From Bacillota bacterium (GTDB lineage: Bacteria; Bacillota; Sulfobacillia; JAJZYS01; JAJZLH01): a DNA stretch of 64,000 bases. The first letter of the stretch is position 1, and the number at the start of each line of letters is the position of its first letter. The position numbers were made by a program, and so were the translations under genes. The DNA lies in the NCBI GenBank assembly GCA_021850485.1, contig JAJZLY010000007.1, forward strand, positions 26,973-90,972, read 5' to 3'. Below, in pieces: positions 40,313 to 49,355 of the stretch. Under the pieces are notes generated by a model. It made no database searches. It had not been told where the DNA came from and was given only the letters and a program-made list of their open reading frames with translations.

Positions 40313-41620
40313 TTAAGGTTCGGTGAATCCGGAGGCGGACCCGCCGTCAGGTGCTTCCTTAGGGGCGCTCGGCAACTTGAGGCGAAAGGTGGTCCCCACG
40401 CCCGGTTCGCTGGTGGCCACCAGGCGGGCCCCGATCGCCTCGGACAGGCGGTGGGCGATGGCGAGCCCCAGTCCGGTCCCGCCAGATGCCCGGCTGCGCG
40501 CCCGGTCCACTCGGTAGAAACGGTCAAAGATGTGCGGCAGGTCCTCTGCCGGAATGCCACGGCCGGTGTCGCTCACCGTCAGTACGACCTGACCCTGATC
40601 GACCAGTGCGCCAAGCACCACCTCTCCACCCGGAGCTGTGTACTTTTGGGCATTGTCCAAGCAGTTGAGCAAGATCTCTTGCAGAAAAGACGGGTCACTG
40701 TGCACCGTCTGGCCGCTCTCTGGGCGGCAGATGAAGGTAATCTGGCGGCCAGAGAACACCGGCAGCAACGACTCTGCAATCTCTGCGATCAGCTGGTCGA
40801 CGTCGATCGCCCTGAACTCCGGCGGTCTCCGCCTCGCCTCTAAGGTAGACAGATCGAGCATGCTGTCGACCATGGCAGCCATCCGCTCTACCTCTCGCAT
40901 CGCCACTTGCAAAAAGCGCTGGTGCTGGACGGTGCTCAAGGAGTCGTCCAACGCCGTCTCCAGGTAGCCGCGAATCGCCGTCAGCGGCGTTCGCAGTTCG
41001 TGCGAGAGATTGGCCAGCAGTTCTTGGCCGGCCTCTTGCAGGTGGTAGATCTCGGTGACGTCCCGGATCACGAGGGCCCAGCCCTGCCCATACGATAAGA
41101 CCCGCACGGCCAGCTGGCCGCCGTCCGCTCCCTCCAACTCCACCTGCCGCTCGGTGCCATCGGCCACGGCCAAGGCCCCCTCCACCGGCAGCATGCCGCT
41201 CACGGCCAGCAGCGGTAGACCCACCACCGCCGTCGGCAAGACCCCGAGCAAGGCTGCGGCCCGGGGCGTGATGGCCGTGATCCGTCGGCGCAGATCCACC
41301 AGCAAGACACCCACGTCCAACTGGCTGAGCAATGATGCCTGGGCGTCTGCCTGCGCCCGCCGGTCGGCAAGTTCTGCTTCCAGCAGGTCCAGGGCCGCCG
41401 CCGGGTCCGCCTGATCGCCCGCCATCTGGCGCAGCCGTCGGCTCACCTGAGCCTGATCCCAGGCGGCCTGCTCTCGGCGGCGAGCCTCGCTCGCCAGATA
41501 GATGGACGGCGCCGCCGTGCCGACCAGCATGCCAATGGCCAGGGCGACCGGTCCAAAGGCGACACCGATCAGCCCTCCGACCACTGCCCCGATCAGCGGC
41601 CCCCAACTGAACCGGGTCAA
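40313..41620 (-). CDS. PhoR-like sensor histidine kinase
   Basis: N-terminal TM region, then PAS, then HisKA (LSHELRTPL) and HATPase_c (GGTGLGLAI). Confidence 0.75.
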   Translation of the reverse strand: MTRFSWGPLIGAVVGGLIGVAFGPVALAIGMLVGTAAPSIYLASEARRREQAAWDQAQVSRRLRQMAGDQADPAAALDLLEAELADRRAQADAQASLLSQLDVGVLLVDLRRRITAITPRAAALLGVLPTAVVGLPLLAVSGMLPVEGALAVADGTERQVELEGADGGQLAVRVLSYGQGWALVIRDVTEIYHLQEAGQELLANLSHELRTPLTAIRGYLETALDDSLSTVQHQRFLQVAMREVERMAAMVDSMLDLSTLEARRRPPEFRAIDVDQLIAEIAESLLPVFSGRQITFICRPESGQTVHSDPSFLQEILLNCLDNAQKYTAPGGEVVLGALVDQGQVVLTVSDTGRGIPAEDLPHIFDRFYRVDRARSRASGGTGLGLAIAHRLSEAIGARLVATSEPGVGTTFRLKLPSAPKEAPDGGSASGFTEP

Positions 41621-42303
41621 CGCTCCTCCCCGACCAGCCGGTAGCCAGCGCCGCGAACCGTCTCGATCAGCACATCCGATCGCTCGCCGATCTTTTCGCG
41701 CAGGTGGTGGATGTGCACGTCCACCGTCCGGCTGTCGCCAAAAAAGTCATATCCCCACACCTCTTGGAGTAAAAATCGGCGACTGAGGACCCGCCCCGGA
41801 TGTTCAATCAGACAGCGCAGGAGCGAAAACTCGGTCAGCGTTAGGGTGACAGCCTCTCCGGCCACGGTCACCCGCTGCGCCGGCCGGTCCAGCACCAAGG
41901 CCCCGATCCGCAACAGCTCGTCGGTGGGGGCGGTGCGGCGCAATAGGGCCCGCACCCGGGCTACCAGTTCCTTCGGGGAAAAGGGCTTCACCATATAGTC
42001 ATCGGCGCCGAGGTCGAGTCCGCTCACTCGGTCCGCCTCGTCACCTTTGGCGGTGAGCATCAGGATCGGCGTCATGGCCTGGCGGCGGATGGCCCGGCAC
42101 ACAGCTAGTCCATCCATCTCCGGCAACATCAGGTCCAACACCACCAGGTCTGGCCGCGCACTCTGCCAGGCGGCCAGGGCCTCCAGACCGTCGGCGGCTT
42201 CAGCCACCGAAAATCCGGCCCGCGCCAAATGAAAGTGGATCAACTCGCGGATCGCACCCTCGTCTTCCACCACCAGCACGACCCGGCCCAAACCTGTGGC
42301 CAC
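41617..42303 (-). CDS. OmpR/PhoB-family response regulator (PhoP-like)
   Basis: Receiver domain (VLVVEDE...DLVVLDLMLP) and winged-helix output (GYRLV). Start uncertain (GTG ~42303, or the ORF-track TTG at 42363). Confidence 0.75.
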   Translation of the reverse strand: MATGLGRVVLVVEDEGAIRELIHFHLARAGFSVAEAADGLEALAAWQSARPDLVVLDLMLPEMDGLAVCRAIRRQAMTPILMLTAKGDEADRVSGLDLGADDYMVKPFSPKELVARVRALLRRTAPTDELLRIGALVLDRPAQRVTVAGEAVTLTLTEFSLLRCLIEHPGRVLSRRFLLQEVWGYDFFGDSRTVDVHIHHLREKIGERSDVLIETVRGAGYRLVGEER

Positions 42304-42310
42304 CTTCTCA

Positions 42311-43162
42311 TCACCCACTGACCCGGCTCCCCCGATCGTCCACTGGCACCACGCGTCGCACAACCGCCACCACGGTCAGCACCTTGAGGGCGGTCATCTG
42401 CTCCACGATGGTCTCGACCCGCCGGCGCACCGCCTCGAGCAGAGTCGGGATGTGGCTGCCAAACACCACTGACAATTCCAGCGTGATCCGGACGCCTGGC
42501 TGCCAGCTCTCCACGCCTGCCCTGCGGATGCCAGCCACGCCGCTGACTCCAGCGGCCGCCCGGCTGGCGATGTCGGCGATCACTGTGTCGTCCACCGTGA
42601 AGCGGCCCAGGTAGCTCCACGTCGGGCGCACCACAGACTTCTCGATCACCATCTGATCTTTGCCATGGGGCGCCTTGTTGTTGCGCATGATGAAGTGCAG
42701 CGGATCGACCAGGTAGCCGGAAAATGTCTTGCGGACTTCGACTGTTGGTGCCGGAATGACGTGGCGCCCGTGCTGAGTCCGCATCTGGCGGGCAAGCCGG
42801 ATCTGAGCTGGGTTGGCCAGTTGCTCGATGCGAATCCACTCAATTGGCTCCGGGAGTTCCAACACCGCACAGATGCGACTGACCATCGAGCGCGATGTGC
42901 CCAAGACCAGCAGGTGACTGATGTGGTGGCGGCTGATCGTCTCGCGCACTTCTCTGGCATGTCCGCTGTCGGTGAAAATCGCTCGCCGGATGGCTTGAAT
43001 CTTCGAGGCAGCCCGTTTGGCGGACTGCCCGGCCAAGATCTTGCCTTCCTTAATCAACAGACCGTCGTCGACGATCGCCTCGTAGCCGCGCTCGATCGCC
43101 ACCAGGCTCGCCCGATGGCTTTTGCCGGTACCGCTGGCCCCGATCAACCCAAGAACCTGCAT
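42311..43162 (-). CDS. Fusion protein: HprK-like P-loop domain plus C-terminal Asp23/Gls24-family domain
   Basis: N-terminus LIGASGTGKSHRASLVAIERGYEAIVDDGLLI parallels the HprK kinase-domain motif GxSGxGKSExALELIxRGHxLVxDD. C-terminal ~110 aa (IADIASRAAAGVSGV...GSHIPTLLEAVRRRVETIVEQMTALKVLTVVAVVRRV) matches the Asp23 family. ATG 43160-43162 after GGGGGAG. Confidence 0.5.
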   Translation of the reverse strand: MQVLGLIGASGTGKSHRASLVAIERGYEAIVDDGLLIKEGKILAGQSAKRAASKIQAIRRAIFTDSGHAREVRETISRHHISHLLVLGTSRSMVSRICAVLELPEPIEWIRIEQLANPAQIRLARQMRTQHGRHVIPAPTVEVRKTFSGYLVDPLHFIMRNNKAPHGKDQMVIEKSVVRPTWSYLGRFTVDDTVIADIASRAAAGVSGVAGIRRAGVESWQPGVRITLELSVVFGSHIPTLLEAVRRRVETIVEQMTALKVLTVVAVVRRVVPVDDRGSRVSG

Positions 43163-43215
43163 CGTTCAGACTCCCCCACGTCTTCCATTGTGGCAGGCTG
43201 CAGGCCCCTGGCAAG

Positions 43216-43560
43216 TCACTCGATGGGACGGACCGGGCCCTCTTGCTCACTCTCTGGTGCGGGCAGCTCTTCTTCGTGGATGAAGCCGATGCGGTGCGCT
43301 CGCGGCTGATGGGCCGGGATCCCGTCGTCAAAGGCCAGCACATACTCGATGTCGGAGAAGGGCACTGCCAGGCGGGCCTTGCCTTGTTGCGTCTGACCGG
43401 TCTTCAGGTTCACCTCGGGAATCTCCACCTCCAGCCACAGGCCAAGCGGCGTCATGTTCAATTCGGCCAGGTATGTGAACTTACGCCGCAGGTCAATGCC
43501 GTGCCGTGCATAGGGGCGGGCCAGCCGATAGTTCTTGAAGTGCACCTCGAACAATTCCAC
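43216..43560 (-). CDS. Hypothetical protein (114 aa)
   Basis: GTG start 5 nt after AGAGGTGAGG; no recognisable motif. Could be a functional partner of the upstream fusion protein. Confidence 0.45.
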   Translation of the reverse strand: MELFEVHFKNYRLARPYARHGIDLRRKFTYLAELNMTPLGLWLEVEIPEVNLKTGQTQQGKARLAVPFSDIEYVLAFDDGIPAHQPRAHRIGFIHEEELPAPESEQEGPVRPIE

Positions 43561-43608
43561 GGCCTCACCTCTGCGACACGCTTCGACACGCCCTGGGCTC
43601 TCCCTGGC

Positions 43609-44490
43609 TCAACGCCCGGGCTCCGTCGCCAGCTGTAAAAAGGCCTGAGCCGTCTCGGTCAAGGTTCGATCCGCCCACACTAAGACGATCGGCCGCAACA
43701 GCCGCACCCCTCTCAGCCGGACAACGGCCAAATCGGTACCGGCCTGAGCGAGCACGCTGGATGAGACAAATCCGGCTTCGCCGGTGGCCCGGATCAGGGC
43801 CAGTTGCGCCAGTGCAGACCCCGCCTCGGCCACGATCCGCAGTTGGCCCGGGTCGATGCCAGCCCCGGCCAGCCGTTCCTCGACCATCCGCCTGGTGCCT
43901 GAGCCCTGCTCCCGCACCACCCAGGCTGCCGTCTCCACCTGGTTCAGGTCGATTTCTTCAGCCTTGGCCCACCGATGCCGGGCTTCTACCACCAGAACCG
44001 TTTCTTCCTCGGCCACCTGACGGTGGCGCAGCCCGGACGTCTCCGGGCGGCGGCCCATCAGCCCCACCATCGCCCTGCCGCGACCCACATCCTCCTCCAC
44101 CAACCGGGAGTCGCCCACCGAGAGTCGGATCCGCACCGCTGGATGGCGATTGAGCAGCCGCCCGATCCAGCGGGGCGCCAGGCCACCCGCCGGCGCACTG
44201 CTGGCGGCCACATGCAGTTCGCCGCTCAGTCCGTGCCCATGGTCCAGGTGACGCTCCATCTCGCGTCGGGCCGCTTGGGCCGCCTGGCGAAACGCCAGGG
44301 CTACCTCACCGTCTGGGCTGGCCCGCACACCACGCTCGGTCCGCTCCAGCAGGCGGCTTCCCAACTCCGCCTCCAATCGCTGCAATCTGCGACTGGCGGT
44401 CGGCTGACTGATCACAAGTTGGCGCGCCGCGGCGCTGAGACTGCCCAGCCGCACCGCCTCGGCCAGTACATCGAGGTCTGACAGCTCCAT
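43609..44490 (-). CDS. LysR-family transcriptional regulator
   Basis: N-terminal HTH (LSAAARQLVISQPTASRRLQRLE) and substrate-binding domain; divergent from the permease gene. Confidence 0.8.
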   Translation of the reverse strand: MELSDLDVLAEAVRLGSLSAAARQLVISQPTASRRLQRLEAELGSRLLERTERGVRASPDGEVALAFRQAAQAARREMERHLDHGHGLSGELHVAASSAPAGGLAPRWIGRLLNRHPAVRIRLSVGDSRLVEEDVGRGRAMVGLMGRRPETSGLRHRQVAEEETVLVVEARHRWAKAEEIDLNQVETAAWVVREQGSGTRRMVEERLAGAGIDPGQLRIVAEAGSALAQLALIRATGEAGFVSSSVLAQAGTDLAVVRLRGVRLLRPIVLVWADRTLTETAQAFLQLATEPGR

Positions 44491-44529
44491 GATGGTCGCC
44501 TCCTAGATATACGTATTTCGCATGACAGA

Positions 44530-45678
44530 TTGTATCTCCTCTTCGTTATTTGTAGGCTTATGCCACTTCTGATGTTCGGAAAGGACGATGCATCCGTGTC
44601 CACCGCAGCCGCAACCGCACCACGCTCCACAGACCGAGTCGCCAAGTGGGGCATCGCCATCTTCTTGCTGTTGGCCATCGGCGGCCTGTTCTACGTGAAG
44701 TGGTTCCCACTTTTCAACAAGGCGCTGCTGGCATCGTCCAAACACTCGATCGGCGCCTCCATCGTGTCAGGCACGGCTGCAGCCCCGCCGCCATTTTCGT
44801 TCGCCGCTGCCTGGGACTATGCCCTCGCCTACGGAGCCGACATCTGGACGGCAATCGTGCTGGGCCTGTTGCTTGGTTCCGCGGTGCAAACCCTGGTCCC
44901 TCGCGACTGGCTGCTCAAGGTCTTGGGCAAGGCCGGTGCCAAGAGTTCGATGGTGGCTGCACTGGCCGCCGTTCCCTCGATGATGTGTACCTGCTGCTCG
45001 GCTCCGGTGGTCGTCGGCCTGCACCGGGCCAAGGCCTCTCCGGGAGCGGTGATGGCCTACTGGCTGGGGAATCCGGTTCTGAACCCCGCCACCATCGTGT
45101 TCATGGGATTTGTGCTGGGATGGAACTGGGCCCTGTTGCGGATTGGCGTCGGCGTGGTGCTGGTCGCGGCTGCCGCCATCATCGGAAACCGCTTCGCCAC
45201 CCATAAGCTGGTGCCGGAGAGCGCGACCCGGGCGGCGTTCGCCGCTGTGGATGACGCCCAGGGCGTAGACGCCAACCCCTTTGTGGCCTGGGGCCGCAAC
45301 CTGTGGCGACTGGTCGTTGGCTTGATCCCGGAATATATCGTCATCGTCATGGTGCTGGGGGCAGCCCGCGCCTTTTTGTTCCCGGCGATGTCCCCAGCCC
45401 TGGGCGGCAGCCTGTTCTTGATGCTGGGTTTGGCGATCGCTGGCACGTTATTCGTGATCCCGACCGCCGGTGAGGTGCCGATTGTGCAGACCCTACTCTC
45501 CTATGGTCTCGGTGCCGGCAGCGCCGGCGCACTGATGATCACCCTGCCAGCTGTCAGTCTGCCCTCGTTGGTCATGGTCGGCCGGGCTGTCCCGGCCCGC
45601 CTCTTAACCCGCATCGCGATCCTGGTGGCCATCAGCGGTGTGGTCACCGGACTGATTGCGCTCGTTTTGCACATCTGA
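44530..45678 (+). CDS. DUF318/ArsP-like permease
   Basis: Polytopic membrane protein with the cysteine cluster SMMCTCCSAP, which resembles the ArsP/DUF318 TPFcSCS motif. Start uncertain (TTG 44530 or GTG ~44596). Confidence 0.55.
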   Translation: MYLLFVICRLMPLLMFGKDDASVSTAAATAPRSTDRVAKWGIAIFLLLAIGGLFYVKWFPLFNKALLASSKHSIGASIVSGTAAAPPPFSFAAAWDYALAYGADIWTAIVLGLLLGSAVQTLVPRDWLLKVLGKAGAKSSMVAALAAVPSMMCTCCSAPVVVGLHRAKASPGAVMAYWLGNPVLNPATIVFMGFVLGWNWALLRIGVGVVLVAAAAIIGNRFATHKLVPESATRAAFAAVDDAQGVDANPFVAWGRNLWRLVVGLIPEYIVIVMVLGAARAFLFPAMSPALGGSLFLMLGLAIAGTLFVIPTAGEVPIVQTLLSYGLGAGSAGALMITLPAVSLPSLVMVGRAVPARLLTRIAILVAISGVVTGLIALVLHI

Positions 45679-45705
45679 GCGCACGGCCACTGCCTGCCCC
45701 ATAAT

Positions 45706-45735
45706 CAGCGCCCACTCCTCAGGGAGTGGGCGCTG
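45706..45735. repeat. Perfect 13-bp-stem palindrome (copy 1), probable terminator of the permease gene
   Basis: cagcgcccactcc-tcag-ggagtgggcgctg followed by tagttcgtattt. Identical over 29 nt to 47382-47410. Confidence 0.6.
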
Positions 45736-46004
45736 TAGTTCGTATTTGGCCATTTCCACGGGTCAGCTGGAGGAGCGCTTGCCGCTGCGAGCGGACGTCC
45801 TAGCGGTACCGCGTGGCTCGTCTTCAGCCCCGAACCAGCTTTGGAAGGCGGAGCGGTCTCTCAATCAGGGCTGAGATCCTGATGTGAACGAGACCGTTAG
45901 GCCCGTCGACTGAGACGGATCGAAAAAGGCTTTGGCTTGGGCCGAGAAGGGGCCTGTGTCAGCGGCGGTCGGCACTCCCACTGGTGACGTCCGGGGAATG
46001 CCCC

Positions 46005-46919
46005 CTAGCTCCTGACCGGGGATCGTCGGTTTTTTCCCGCCCGAGCCAACGGTTCGTTGATGACGCCCGCTTTGAACGGTGCGAATCCGGTTCGGATGGT
46101 CCAGACAAGGCCAAGTCCAACGACGCCAGACAAGGTGAGAAACCCGATGCTGGCTCCCAGGTGCGAGGCGAAAGGCTGGGCGTACCACGGCAGGAATGCA
46201 CCAGGTGTCGTGTACCAATCCACCACCGCAGATGTCGAAGGTGACAAGTGCCAGAATGCAGATAGGGCCCAGCCGCTCACGATACCCACGCCGGCATATG
46301 CAAGCAGTCCAGCTCCGAGCGTGCCCAGGGACGCCAAGACGCCGCTTCGGGAAAACGCCCAAAGCGTCGCTGCCCCAGCCGCAGGGACGATTACATAGAG
46401 ACATACGGGCCAAATCCAGGACCACTGAGACACGGACGGACCTGCCGACCAGACAGGTTCTGCTCCCGCCAACAATCCCAAGAGGGACCAGGTAGCGACG
46501 ACCTGAACGTGCCGCTTGAATCCTCGACCCAGGGCGGCGAAAGGCGCCTGGCGATCGCCTGGACTCGAGGCTGCTCCGGCCATCACCAGCCCCCCAAGCA
46601 GTAGGAGACCGGCAAACAAGCTGTCGCCTAGCGAGCCGACAGCGCCAATGAGGGTCAGGGCGGCCGCTAGCACGAATCCTAGAATCTGGGTACGCGAAAG
46701 CGGAGGCCCGACGACTTGCCTCAGGGAGACCTGCAGCCAGCCCGGGTTGCCCATTCGGGACACCGCTTCGATCTCCGCCTGCTCGGAGTTTAACCCCTCG
46801 GCGATCAGTTCATCGGCAATGGATGCGAGGTGTCCGAGTAATTCGCGGCGGACCTCACGCGCCTTCCGGTTCGACTCGATGCCGGACGTCACGTCCTCCG
46901 CCCACTCATGCAAGTCCAT
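46005..46919 (-). CDS. Membrane protein partner of PadR regulator (cytoplasmic helical N-domain plus polytopic C-domain)
   Basis: Overlaps the upstream PadR gene. N-terminal ~80 aa is soluble and helical, followed by 5-6 TM helices. This is the typical PadR-associated membrane-protein arrangement. Confidence 0.5.
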   Translation of the reverse strand: MDLHEWAEDVTSGIESNRKAREVRRELLGHLASIADELIAEGLNSEQAEIEAVSRMGNPGWLQVSLRQVVGPPLSRTQILGFVLAAALTLIGAVGSLGDSLFAGLLLLGGLVMAGAASSPGDRQAPFAALGRGFKRHVQVVATWSLLGLLAGAEPVWSAGPSVSQWSWIWPVCLYVIVPAAGAATLWAFSRSGVLASLGTLGAGLLAYAGVGIVSGWALSAFWHLSPSTSAVVDWYTTPGAFLPWYAQPFASHLGASIGFLTLSGVVGLGLVWTIRTGFAPFKAGVINEPLARAGKNRRSPVRS

Positions 46920-47250
46920 TGGTCGCCGCCCCCTCTGTGCTCAGTACCCGATTGACGCCACCAGACCGGATGGTCCAGATCTCCTCTTCCTCGACCAGGT
47001 GGCGGCGTCCCAATCCGGTCAAGGTGTAGATCCGGACCTGCCGGCCACCTGCCACATCGGTCCACGCCGCGGACACAAGACCCTCGTGCTCCATCTTGTA
47101 GAGCAGCGGGTAGAGGGTGCCTTCCTTGAGTGCCAGCACCCCTTCTGATGTGCGCTCGACCCGACGGACGATCTCATAGCCGTGGGCGGGTCCTTGTTCC
47201 AGAACCTTCAGCACCAGCAGGGCTGGTACGGACGGCAGTAGCGCGTCCAA
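46906..47250 (-). CDS. PadR-family transcriptional regulator
   Basis: Winged-helix PadR core (LLVLKVLEQGPAHGYEIVRRVERTSEGVLALKEGTLYPLLYKMEHEGLV). TTG start 47248-47250 lies 8 nt after AAGGAGG; the ORF-track start at 47391 falls inside the palindrome and is rejected. Confidence 0.7.
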   Translation of the reverse strand: MDALLPSVPALLVLKVLEQGPAHGYEIVRRVERTSEGVLALKEGTLYPLLYKMEHEGLVSAAWTDVAGGRQVRIYTLTGLGRRHLVEEEEIWTIRSGGVNRVLSTEGAATNGLA

Positions 47251-47381
47251 TGGTGCCGCCTCCTTACATAGATCCCTATGCAATAGGTACCAGATCCGAA
47301 CTTGATCTCCTGCACTCGGACGCACGGAGAGCAATATCTCTTGGGACCAACTCGCTGCTCGCCATGGCCAAGCGCTCACCA

Positions 47382-47410
47382 CAGCGCCCACTCCTCAGGG
47401 AGTGGGCGCT
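47382..47410. repeat. Palindromic repeat (copy 2), identical to 45706-45734
   Basis: cagcgcccactcctcagggagtgggcgct is 29/29 identical to copy 1. It lies between the macB-like gene stop and the PadR start, with no U-tract on either side. Confidence 0.6.
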
Positions 47411-47453
47411 AGCTTGAGCGCTCCTGGCGGATAACCGTGCGGGGCCCGCCTGA

Positions 47454-48620
47454 TCAGCTCTGATAGAGCGCCTGCACCGGATCCAGTCGGCTGGCGTTGG
47501 CGGCTGGCCAAATACCAAACACGATGCCGACCACTAGCGAGAACCCGAGCGCCAACAGCACGGCGGAGATCGGTACACTGCCGGCTCCCAGCAGGTGGGT
47601 GAGCAACAAGGACAGCGACACCCCGACCAGCACGCCGATCATGCCGCCGGCTAAGCTGAGCAGAGAGGATTCGATCAGAAACTGCGTCAAGATCGCCCGT
47701 CGAGAAGCACCCATTGCCTTTCTGAGGCCAATCTCCCGGGTGCGCTCCGAGACCGTGACCAACATGATGTTCATGATCCCGACGCCACCGACCAGGAGCG
47801 AGATGCCGGCGATTCCCCCCAGCATCAGGGTGAGCGTGCCCGTGATGGTCGAAAGCGTGCTCAGAATCTGATCTTGTGAGATGACGGTCGCTGCATTGGT
47901 GGATGCGAAGCGATGATTCAACACGGCCGTGATCTGGGCTACCGCCAAAGGCGCGATGGCGGCACTGCGCGCTTCGGCCTCGATGCCCGTCAGCTCGGTG
48001 GTTCCCGCTACCCACTCGGCGGCATTGATCGGCACGATGATCACATTGTCCGCGTTGGCACCGAAGGCGCCTCCGGTCGCCTGCAAGACGCCGATCACCG
48101 TAAAGGGGTTGCCGTTCACGCTGATCGTCTGTCGCAGCGGGTTTCTGGCCGGAAAGAGATTTTGGGCGACAGTTTGGCCGAGCACGGCCACATTGCGGCT
48201 GGCGCTGACATCTTGGCTGGAGATGAATCGACCGGCAGCCAAGGTGCGGCCCTCGATGGTCAGCGCCGCTGGTGTGGTACCGATCACCACCGTGCTCCAT
48301 GAGCTGGACTGATAGGCGGCCGTCACCGACGCTTCGATCAGGGGGGCATCGGCCTTGATCTGCGGCACCACTTGGAGCAGCCAGCTGGCGTCTTGGGGAT
48401 AGAGCACGGTGCCACTGGTCCGCACCGGGCTGACACTGATCAGATTGGAACCCAGGGCCTGGATGCTAGAGGTGACGGAGCTGGTAGCCGCCTGACCGGC
48501 GGTGATCAGGGCGATCACGGCCGCCACCCCGATGATGATGCCAAGCATGGTCAAGGCCGCCCGCATTCTGTTCCCGCGCAGGGCACGCCAGGCCATGCGC
48601 AGGCTCTCCACGACCCTCAC
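47454..48620 (-). CDS. ABC transporter permease, MacB/FtsX family
   Basis: N-terminal TM, large periplasmic domain, and C-terminal three-TM FtsX domain. Confidence 0.8.
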   Translation of the reverse strand: MRVVESLRMAWRALRGNRMRAALTMLGIIIGVAAVIALITAGQAATSSVTSSIQALGSNLISVSPVRTSGTVLYPQDASWLLQVVPQIKADAPLIEASVTAAYQSSSWSTVVIGTTPAALTIEGRTLAAGRFISSQDVSASRNVAVLGQTVAQNLFPARNPLRQTISVNGNPFTVIGVLQATGGAFGANADNVIIVPINAAEWVAGTTELTGIEAEARSAAIAPLAVAQITAVLNHRFASTNAATVISQDQILSTLSTITGTLTLMLGGIAGISLLVGGVGIMNIMLVTVSERTREIGLRKAMGASRRAILTQFLIESSLLSLAGGMIGVLVGVSLSLLLTHLLGAGSVPISAVLLALGFSLVVGIVFGIWPAANASRLDPVQALYQS

Positions 48621-49354
48621 TGCACCACCGCCCTGGTGCCCAGATCGCCGCGCATCCGCCGGCTGTCGGCAGCAACGGGCCGGTCTGACAGAACCGCGCC
48701 GTCCTTCAGCCGGATAATCCTCTCGCAGTGCAGCGCCACCTGCTCATCGTGGGTGACGATGATCACCGTGCGACCAGCGGCATTGAGGGCCAAGAAAAGG
48801 TTCAAGATCTCCTCCCCAGACGCCGAGTCCAGGTTGCCGGTCGGCTCATCAGCCAAGAGAAGATTGGGCTTGCCGGCCAGGGCCCTGGCGATCCCCACGC
48901 GCTGTTGCTGTCCGCCGGAGAGCTCATAGGGTCGAAACGAGATCAACTCGCCCAGCCCGACCTCAGCCAGCACCTGAGTGGCCACCAGATGCCGTTCTCC
49001 CGCTGCCATCCCCCGGTACACCAGGGGAAGCTCCACATTTTCCAGAGCATTGAGCGCCGGCAGCAGGTTGTAGTTTTGAAAGATGAAGCCGATGCGGCGG
49101 TTTCGGATGGCGGCCAGAGCATCGTCTGACTTTTTGGCAACATCGTCGCCGCCCAGGAAATAGTGACCGCCGGTCGGCCGGTCCAGGCAGCCCAGCATAT
49201 TCATCAACGTGGTCTTGCCAGAGCCAGATGGCCCCATGATCGCCACCATAGCCCCCTCTTCGATCGAAAAACTGACCCCGCGCACCGCCTGCACCTCGAT
49301 GGCGCCGGTGCGAAAGGTGCGGCAGAGCTCCTCGACGCGCACGACGTCGCTCAC
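48617..49354 (-). CDS. ABC transporter ATP-binding protein (MacB-type ATPase)
   Basis: Walker A GPSGSGKTT, signature LSGGQQQRV, Walker B LLLADEPTGNLD. GTG start 2 nt after the upstream TAA. Confidence 0.85.
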   Translation of the reverse strand: MSDVVRVEELCRTFRTGAIEVQAVRGVSFSIEEGAMVAIMGPSGSGKTTLMNMLGCLDRPTGGHYFLGGDDVAKKSDDALAAIRNRRIGFIFQNYNLLPALNALENVELPLVYRGMAAGERHLVATQVLAEVGLGELISFRPYELSGGQQQRVGIARALAGKPNLLLADEPTGNLDSASGEEILNLFLALNAAGRTVIIVTHDEQVALHCERIIRLKDGAVLSDRPVAADSRRMRGDLGTRAVVQ

Positions 49355-49355
49355 G

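Noticed and set aside
45865-46425. 186-aa minus-strand ORF, plus small ORFs at 45656-46244.
   Set aside because: Low-complexity Cys/Trp/Arg-rich translations overlapping the better PadR-partner membrane gene; no SD.
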